Below, in pieces: positions 39,362 to 64,000 of a DNA stretch of 64,000 bases. Location: NCBI GenBank assembly GCA_963693365.1, contig CAVNZM010000011.1, positions 7,273,921 to 7,337,920 on the forward strand, read 5' to 3'. The notes below the pieces were generated by a model, which was not told where the DNA came from, searched no databases, and saw nothing but the letters and a program-made list of their open reading frames with translations. Source of the DNA: Amoebidium appalachense. Its lineage: Eukaryota > Protista > Ichthyosporea. The position numbers and the translations under genes were made by a program. How positions within the stretch are numbered: the stretch's first letter is position 1; the number at the start of each line of letters is the position of its first letter.

Positions 39362-39414
39362 TCTTAGGCCATGATGGATGGGTGGTTTGGGCTCTGTTTT
39401 GTGTTGGTTGGCGC

Positions 39415-39454
<40 letters not shown>

Positions 39455-40616
39455 CCTGCTTTGTTTTCTACTCCCTTTTTTTCCCTATATGTTGTGGGTG
39501 TGTTTTTGTGCCCCCGGGGGTCGGGGGTGGGGGGGGTGGGGGGGAGGCTGGAGGGGGGGGGGAGGGGGAGGTATTGTTTGTGTGTGCGCGCGTGCGCGTG
39601 CGCTTGCGTGCATGTGTGTGTGTGTGTGCTTCTTTATGTGTGTGGGTGTGGGTGATGGGCTGAGGGAGGGGGGAGGGGGGGAGGGGGGGGGAGGGGAGGG
39701 GGGGAGGGGGGGAGGGGGGGAGGGGGGAGGGGGGAGGGCGTGGGGGGGAGAGGGGGGGGGGGAGGGGAGGTTTCGGCTTGAATGGGTGACACGGTGATAT
39801 TGGAAAATCCAAGAGGAAAACTGAACACATGAACGGGACGAGAGGCTTTGGTTGTAATGTGAGGAGGAGAAAAAATGGTGATTAATTGCAGAATAATGAT
39901 TTGTAGATGGTTTCGATTAAGGACCAGGGGGGCTTTAAGTGTTGGAAGGTGAACTTGGGAGTGTTTGTTAGTGTGAGATGCATGCATATGTACAGTCAAC
40001 ATTCAGGCACATATAAAACATTGCCATTCCTTTTGAGATTATTGGGGCACTAAACTTCGACCACTTTTTAACACGGCGTATGTCTCATCCAAAATGAACT
40101 TTTTTTGTATCTGTTGGACAGGATATGATGGGTGATGTGCCTGTAACACGCCCTGTTTGGAAATAGAACGAGCCTAAAACATGGTCGACAATCTAAGATG
40201 CAGGTATCTTCAATTGTTTCACACTTTGGAAATAAAAGCGAGCCGAAAACATGGACTTTCAGCAAGTTCAAGACTACCAAGTGAACAAATCCGCAGGGAA
40301 GGAGCACATGCACACATACGTAGAGGCACACATTGTATATGTGGGCACATATGCGTGCCCATACACAAATACATGCCTGTTTGCATACAAGATGATGTGC
40401 GCACCCTGCGAAACCACGCACATGAGCACATGCATATATGCATCCCGACACATACATGCATGTGCACATAAAGCACATGCAAGTCACATGCGCACACACA
40501 TCAGACTTATAACATGCATACATGTTAGGTAGCTGTGCTTGGCCTGCTAATGGGTATACCTGTCGGGCCCTTACGTGAAGGGATGCTTGCAGGTGGAAGG
40601 AAAAGACCCCCCCCCC

Positions 40617-40653
<37 letters not shown>

Positions 40654-40786
40654 TTTCACACATGCTAATACATAAACAAAAAGCACTGTAAAACACTAAA
40701 AAAAAAAAACGGATGTTAAATAATAATATGATCATGATCCACAAGCCGTTCCCAGTTACGGTACGGTGTACCATGTGTGTGGTACT

Positions 40787-40828
<42 letters not shown>

Positions 40829-41711
40829 TTGTATGGAGGGGGAATCGGGGTGAGGAGGAGGATCCCGGAGAAGGGGGGGGGGGGGGGGGGGGGGTGCATG
40901 CGCCGAGCTGCATCGTAAAAATCATGGTAAACATGCAGACCGACCACGTACACCGTTATGTACACGGCATGCACATGCACATGTGACCACGTGGGGTCTG
41001 GGTTACCGTAGGCTCTACTATGATCACACGACGGTCGGCAACAAAGTTTAAATTAAAAAGCCAGCACGGAGTGGTCAGTTTAGATTTTAAAGCCAGCACG
41101 GAAGTGTCATGTATATACACGCTCCTTCATGATCAAATTATATGTGGGACTCTAGATCTACCATCATGTAAAATTACTTGGCATTGTACGTAGGGTTTTC
41201 ATATCCGCACTGCTCCTTGCCCATATATACCTGTATCTTGCACTCCAAGACATACTGCCCCCCCCCCCCCCCCCCCCTCTCCCCACCACCCACAGTTTAA
41301 TTATGGGCTACCTGAGAAATACACCCGCACACAAATGTCTAAGATCAACCACACTGTGACAATAACTGGCACGGAATTTCGGCAGAGATCTGACCGGTCA
41401 GATGTGCATACATGCTAGCGCTGCTAACAACAATTGGCGGGTCACAGTGCCACATTGCCGGCGTGTGTGTCCATGCTGTGTACACTTGTCACAGGAGTTC
41501 TTGTGTGTGCATGTGTGTTTGTGCGTGTACGCATGCAAGCATACCGCTATGGTGCCCACTCATATGAGGGGGCCGGGATGTGTATGCATGAGCGGAAGGC
41601 TTGTGTGTATGTGTGTGTTCGCCACGTTTTGCTGAAGTGGAAGCGTTATTCGCGTGCGGCACGTGGAAAACCTGGTATTTCTTCTTTCTCCTGGATTAAA
41701 AAGGCGGGGGG

Positions 41712-41744
<33 letters not shown>

Positions 41745-42308
41745 TTAGGACACCGTGGGTTCTTATATTTCACAACCAATCCACCTTTCCATTTTATCAT
41801 ATTCCCTTGGATCCATACGAACAACACGTGGCAGTAATACCAAATATGGTCAAGAGTCCAGCACTTTCATTGGTGGATGGGTCATGACCGCTGATCAATA
41901 CAACACCCATGTCTTGCGTGCACATCTCATTCTGGGACAAACGAAGGTGCAAAGGGTACATGATAATACACCAATAGGCTGTGCCTGTGCACATTGTCAA
42001 TTATTCGTACGGTTATTGCCCGTACACTGTGGCTTACACTGAAGCAAGAGAAAAACTTTTTAGATGGCACAGTAATGCAATTAGAGACTGGCCTCTATAA
42101 ACTTCTACAGAAACAGCCAGATTATCTACCAAATTTCCACTTCACGTATGTAGATATTTTTGGATATGTCCGAAGGCGACCATCCCTTCCCGAAACAAAC
42201 ATAAACCCGTCTGCCAGTAAGTTGTAAATCCAGCTATGTTGTCTCTACTCACCAGACATTCAAATAAATTGTGCCCAATTTCTCTATTCCCACGGCTTCA
42301 ACATTTAC

Positions 42309-42366
<58 letters not shown>

Positions 42367-42514
42367 TAGACATGCACACACATGCGCATACACGCACACG
42401 CACACACGCACACACACACACACCCGCCTACACACACACACACACAACACAGAACACATCCAAACACTCCCATCCCCCCCCCCCCCCCCCCCTCCCCCTC
42501 CCCAAAATCAACAC

Positions 42515-44695
<2,181 letters not shown>

Positions 44696-44924
44696 CGTGC
44701 CGTGTGTTGGGTGGGCGGAAGGTGGATTCCGCCGAATGGGTTTCTGTGAGCACATTCATTGGTTAGTTGTCATGCTGCTAACAAGGCATGGGAACTGAAG
44801 GGGTGGGGGACGGGGAGGAGGAGGAGGGGAGGGGGGGGAGAGGGGGGGGGGGGGGGGGGGAGGGGGGGCTGATGATGTGATACACAATCCCACAGACACG
44901 TTCCGGGTAACTACGGAACAAAGA

Positions 44925-45260
44925 TATGAAAGTACACAAGCAAATAAACAAAACAGAGATACTCGGAAAGTACACAAGTAAATAAGCAAAACAGAGATAT
45001 GAATACACAAGCAATAACAGTTCGGATATGAAAATACACAAGCAAATGAACAAAACAGTGAGGTGAAAATGCACAAGCACATAAACAAAACACAAAAACA
45101 TGAAAATACATAAGCAAAGAAACAGAACAAAACTAGGAAAATACATAAGTAAATAAACAAAACACAGAGATATTAAAGTTAGATATGAGAATACACAAGC
45201 AAACATACACAGCAAAGAAATGCAAATATACGAGCAAACAAATAAAACAAAAGAATGCAA
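44925..45260. repeat. Degenerate ~36-bp A-rich tandem repeat (gatatgaaaatacacaagcaaataaacaaaacaga)
   Basis: About 9 imperfect copies just upstream of the membrane-protein gene. Confidence 0.75.
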
Positions 45261-47348
45261 CACAGGTAGACCCTAATCGGAATGGAGGCTAAGAGTTGTC
45301 CACATATCCGAACGTCAACCGGTTTATGCCCGGCGAACACGATGTCTATACTTTATTTTTATGTTTATTTTTTATATGGCCAAGCGAATGTGTGCGCATG
45401 AGTGCGTGCATGCATGTGTGTGCAGGTGGCTAGAGCTTTTATTTTGCGCATAGTGCTAAAGAGCCACGAACCACAGCGAGATTGACCATGCAAGAACCAA
45501 GAAGAGAGAGGGCAATGGAAGGGGGAGGGGGAGGGGGAGGGGGGGAGCATCAGGGGGTGATATGCACGAATGCTAGTAAAGCCACAAAATACGAATAAAG
45601 GGAAAATACAAGCAGATACGAGAAAATTGTGGTGCTGATCGGGCGGTGGAGAGGGGTGGATTTCAAACTGCGATCATGGGCAGAGGAGGGGAAAGAACAA
45701 AATGAATCCAACATGCGTGCACGTGCGCGCATGTGTGTCTGTATGTATGAGACTGTGTGTGTGTTTGCGCGCGCGCGCATGTGTGTTTGTGTGTGTGTTC
45801 TGTGTGAGTGAGTAAATGTGTCTGTTAATGAAATACTGTGCGTTCCCGTCGTCATGTGACGGTGCACACAAACCGTGTGTGCTAGGCAGAAACCGTTGCT
45901 TGAGGCATAAAGTAGACAAGTGCCACACATGGAGAACACACATTCATCTTCAACCCAGCCACTAAAAAATTCATATCCTTTGTCACATACTAGCTCAGTG
46001 ACAAATTCTCAACCCAAACAGACTACCGCACCAGACGCGAGACCAACTTTAAAGAGTGTTTACGCATACACCCCTACACGGCCACAATAGCACAGTAGTA
46101 AAAAAACAAGAAAAAATCAAGCATCAACAACAACAACAACAAAAAACAAAAAAAAAAAAAGAAAACAAAACAAGGAAAGCCAAAGTATATGAACGTCAGG
46201 AGGCAAAGAGACATTCACTGACACAAAGCCAAACATCGTTGACCAGACATAAACGAAACATGCGTGGGTGGTCAGAGGGGACAGACAGGATATTGAGGTC
46301 GAAGAGCAGTCGAGAAATTTCCTATACCAAGAGGATAAAACACTATACTGTGCTTCTAATGTACTGTGCGTGTATACTCGCTGGTATATACACATCACAA
46401 AGGGCAGCAGACTTACAAATTTATTCGCGCCAATGCAGAGGACAGCAAGAGCAAAAAATCCGCTGGTTTCCGGCTCTTACTCACCAGGAAAGTAATTCAA
46501 TATCACAGGAATCCTGTGTCTATGTGTGTACATGTGACACTAATGGGTTGCATGGGTTCTACATAAACAACGGCTACTTAGACGTGTGGTAGTTACATAT
46601 GTTTTCTTCACAGCTATTTGTTTTCACGTGTTCAGAACATCGAAAGTGGCTGTCACACGCTTCGATCGATGTGCGTGGATGGATGTACTGTGTATGTACT
46701 GTAGAATAGATAACCGCCTATTTTTATCACCTGACACATTCTAATGCATGATTGATGTCCAATCATTGAACGAGCCGTTTGAGAACACATTCCATTCATC
46801 TTCAAGATAAAATCAAGTTCAGTTAAAAAAAACAAGATAAGTACTCAGAAAGAGTATTCAAACCGCCCAATATACAACTTATTTATCCACAATGATATAT
46901 CTACATATCAAACAGAACAAAATTACACAGTTTTTGTAAATGTTCTATGGGCCTCTTCCATTTTAACAAGAAACGAGGCACGCAAACAGTGTGACGAAGG
47001 CCCAATCATCTGCGACCGAGGATCTGGAGATTTGAGAAGCATTCCAGAGGCTAAAACTTGTCACCGTTGATTGGCCGTGGAAGCCTTCTCTCGTACGTGA
47101 AAGATGCGAAATAGTACAGGCCGAGTATATGCATGATATAAAGTTTATGAATGAAGAGGGGGAGAAGAAATGTGGAGAGGGAGTAAGGAAATGCTTGCAT
47201 ATGAAGATATTGAGAGAGTTCCGATGGACTACTCAACAATGGAAAGGGACATGGACGCGTATATGACATACAGTATTGTCATCCACGAATCAAATTACAG
47301 CTTTCGCCCAGCCCCCCCCCCCCCCCCCCCCCCCCCCATATGGCCATA

Positions 47349-47392
<44 letters not shown>

Positions 47393-47406
47393 AGAACTTG
47401 AACAAG

Positions 47407-47440
<34 letters not shown>

Positions 47441-48889
47441 AGGAAAAACTCACCTAAATGATCGCAACACATTTCGTCTAGGATTCCGTATGCGCACTGC
47501 TTCACACTGCCCCCATTATTCCGCGGATGGTCACGTGAATGCCCGGGGATGGCAGGCCGTTGGCCCCAAGGTTACCTGGCGGAAGTATCTTACACGAGGA
47601 CCGAAGGATTTACATGTACATGTACATTCTCATACATGTGGATCAAGATAACTGGGAGATTTACTAGTTATTATTGACTGTACTGAAATACGTACTCGAG
47701 TGTGCTTTAGGCTTCGAGAGTGAAGCTGTAACCTACGTATGGTGGCTAACCTTATGTTATCTGGAAAGGGCATAGAGATTCTGTGTGGTAGTCATCTGGC
47801 TATGACCACGCAATGAATCAGGTCAGACGCCATAGCAAGCCACATGCATGAAGTGGCACATGTCACAGTTCCAAGATGTATTCTGCTCCAACATGCATGC
47901 ACATCCATGCATGCAAATACATGTGCTTGGGGCTGCATGCATCCCGGCAGCTTTAGAGTGTTGGATATGCACATAATAAATGCAAAAAAAGGCCACCAGG
48001 TTGACCAAACCCGGCCATGAGTTTTTTCAGTCAATTCTGGAAACGGGTAGGGGGGCCCGCAAGGGGGGGGGGAGGGAGGGGGGAGGGGGGAGGACGGCGG
48101 GGTTGGGGGGAGGTTTAACTAAGGTGGTTTGGGAGGGGGGCTTGAGCCTCCAGGGGAAGGGGGGGGGGGGGGGGAGGATGGAGAAACTCTCGGCCACAGC
48201 AAAAAGAAAAGGAACCCCCCCTCGGACCCCCGCCTCCCTCAACCCACACACACACTTCTGGTACCCCCCTCCCCCTCCCCTCTCCCCCTCTCCCCCTCCT
48301 TCCCTTCCCGCTCCCCTGTTGGCGCATGCTTATCAACTTGCAGCCAAAGATACTGCCACCTCCAATAAGATCCATAATCATATCTCCAACCGACATCCAG
48401 ATGCTGCTGATCTGTGCCAAACATTTTTACAGATGAAGACCACATGGCCGAAGCAGATTTAGACAGCATCTGGCGGCTAGTGCAGACACGGACCATAGTT
48501 TTTTTTTTTGGGGGGGGGGGGGGGGGGGGAAGGGGGGAGGGGGGGGGGGGGGAAGAGGGAGGAAGGGGAGGGGGAGGAAGAGAAGAAGGTGGGGAGAGCG
48601 GGGGGGGGGGGGGGGGAGGGAGGGGGGAGGGGGGAGGCTAGGGGGGGGGGGGGAGAGGGAGGAAGGGGGGGGGAGGAAGAGAAGAAGGTGGGGAGAGGCG
48701 GGGGGGGGGGGGGGAGGAGGGGGGAGGGGGTGAGGCTGCGGGGGGGGGGGGGGGGGGAGGAAGAGGGAGGAAGGGGAGGGAAAGGAGGAGAAGAAGGTGG
48801 GGAGAGCGCGGGGGGGGGGGGGGGGGGGGGGGGGGGGTGATGTGTTTGAGATATTTACCACTTTCATTTTTTCTCTTTGATGGTGTGGG

Positions 48890-48920
<31 letters not shown>

Positions 48921-48952
48921 ATGGGATTTTTTCCTTTCCCTTTTCCTTTCCT

Positions 48953-48985
<33 letters not shown>

Positions 48986-49026
48986 CCCCCCTCGCTCTCC
49001 GGACAGGCACTCTCTCCCTCTCGCTC

Positions 49027-49178
<152 letters not shown>

Positions 49179-50024
49179 ACACACAACTCTCTCTCTCTCT
49201 CTCTCTCTCTCCCCCCCCCCCCCCCCCCCCCCCCCCTCCCTCCCCCCCCCCCCCCCCTCTCTCTATTTCTCTTGGGGGGAGCAGTAAAAGGTGGCTGGGG
49301 TGATAGCGGGTGGATAAAGCAAGGAGGGGGGGGATTGGGGAGGGGGAAGAGAGCGGGGGGGGGGGGGGGAGGGGGGGGGGAGGGAGACGAGACGAGGGGG
49401 AAGGGGAAGGAAACGAATCGGGAGGGGAGAGAGAACTGGCGGCTGGGGGGGAGGGGGAGAAGGGTATGGCAATGGCAAAGCACAGACTTGACTTGGCCAT
49501 GGCCATTGGCGGTTATACTTCAGAAATGTAATTACAGGCCCAGGGTCATAGGTGACAAGGTTAGAATTAGAGCACTTAATATAACAGTGTAAAGTTCTTT
49601 ATGGACATGGGCTTGGTGTAAAACACGAGGGAGTCAACCATCAACGATCTCGAAAGGGTTCGGGAGACTGAAGCTTTAGCAGCTATGCCATGGAAGCGTT
49701 CCCAAACGAAAAGATTACGTAATCACGAGAAAATGGTGTTGCCCTAAAACACGATGAATTAGAATTTGTTACAGGAGATCGTATTTTAATCGCATTCCTC
49801 CCCATTTGCAGCACATTCATCAAAAACGATTGCGATCTTCAGAGCATCCCAACATTTTAGGTTTGTGGTCTGGGAGGCTCACAGTTGTTTCCGTCGAAAC
49901 ACCTTCCGTTCTCTTTCCAATTTGAGCTTTCCTACCGTCGTGTTTCAATTTTGTGCAGGGGGAAGAAAACAGACCGCCAAGTGCTTGTTTATAAGTTAGG
50001 GTCTTAACAGGCCAAATAGTGAAG

Positions 50025-63692
<13,668 letters not shown>

Positions 63693-63776
63693 GTGAGTGC
63701 TCCCTCCCCCCCCCCCCCCCTCCCCCCCACCCCCACCACCACTACCACCACCACCACCCACCCACCCACCCACCCC

Positions 63777-63815
<39 letters not shown>

Positions 63816-63855
63816 ACGCAAAACCATGCACACACCCGCGCGCACACGCACACAC

Positions 63856-64000
<145 letters not shown>

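Noticed and set aside
46950-48475. Possible minus-strand spliced gene (acceptor 47576, donor 47453, ORF fragments near 47050 and 48400)
   Set aside because: The candidate exon has stops in all three frames and no homology is recognisable; at most a non-coding transcript, which cannot be supported from sequence.

Overview
Eukaryotic, intron-rich DNA that is saturated with microsatellites: (CA/GT)n, (CT/GA)n, (CCCT)n and long poly-G/poly-C runs. A tyrosine-kinase exon, a GATA factor and animal-like NDUFAF6 and RAP74 genes suggest an opisthokont, probably a unicellular holozoan (inference only). Almost all long six-frame ORFs are repeat artefacts. Manual splicing gives seven loci: (1) a signal-peptide-bearing SixA-like histidine phosphatase (+, 592-3175); (2) an orphan tyrosine-kinase C-lobe exon (+, 6006-6246); (3) a GATA zinc-finger gene with a probable 1-nt frameshift (-, 8970-10224); (4) NDUFAF6 (-, 7 exons, 13539-21838); (5) head-to-head with it, a ~879-aa predicted myristoylated protein with a Ras-association domain and WH2-like/CPI-like motifs (+, 13 exons, 22391-39361); (6) a small type-I membrane protein (-, 42515-44695); (7) TFIIF alpha/RAP74 (+, from 50025 off the window end). 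There are two main unexplained signals. The first is a two-module (A then B) dispersed element found only inside introns of three unrelated genes and always in the host's sense orientation (7 of 7 introns). The second is a set of intronic 'echoes' of exon 3' ends, some of which diverge mainly at synonymous positions.
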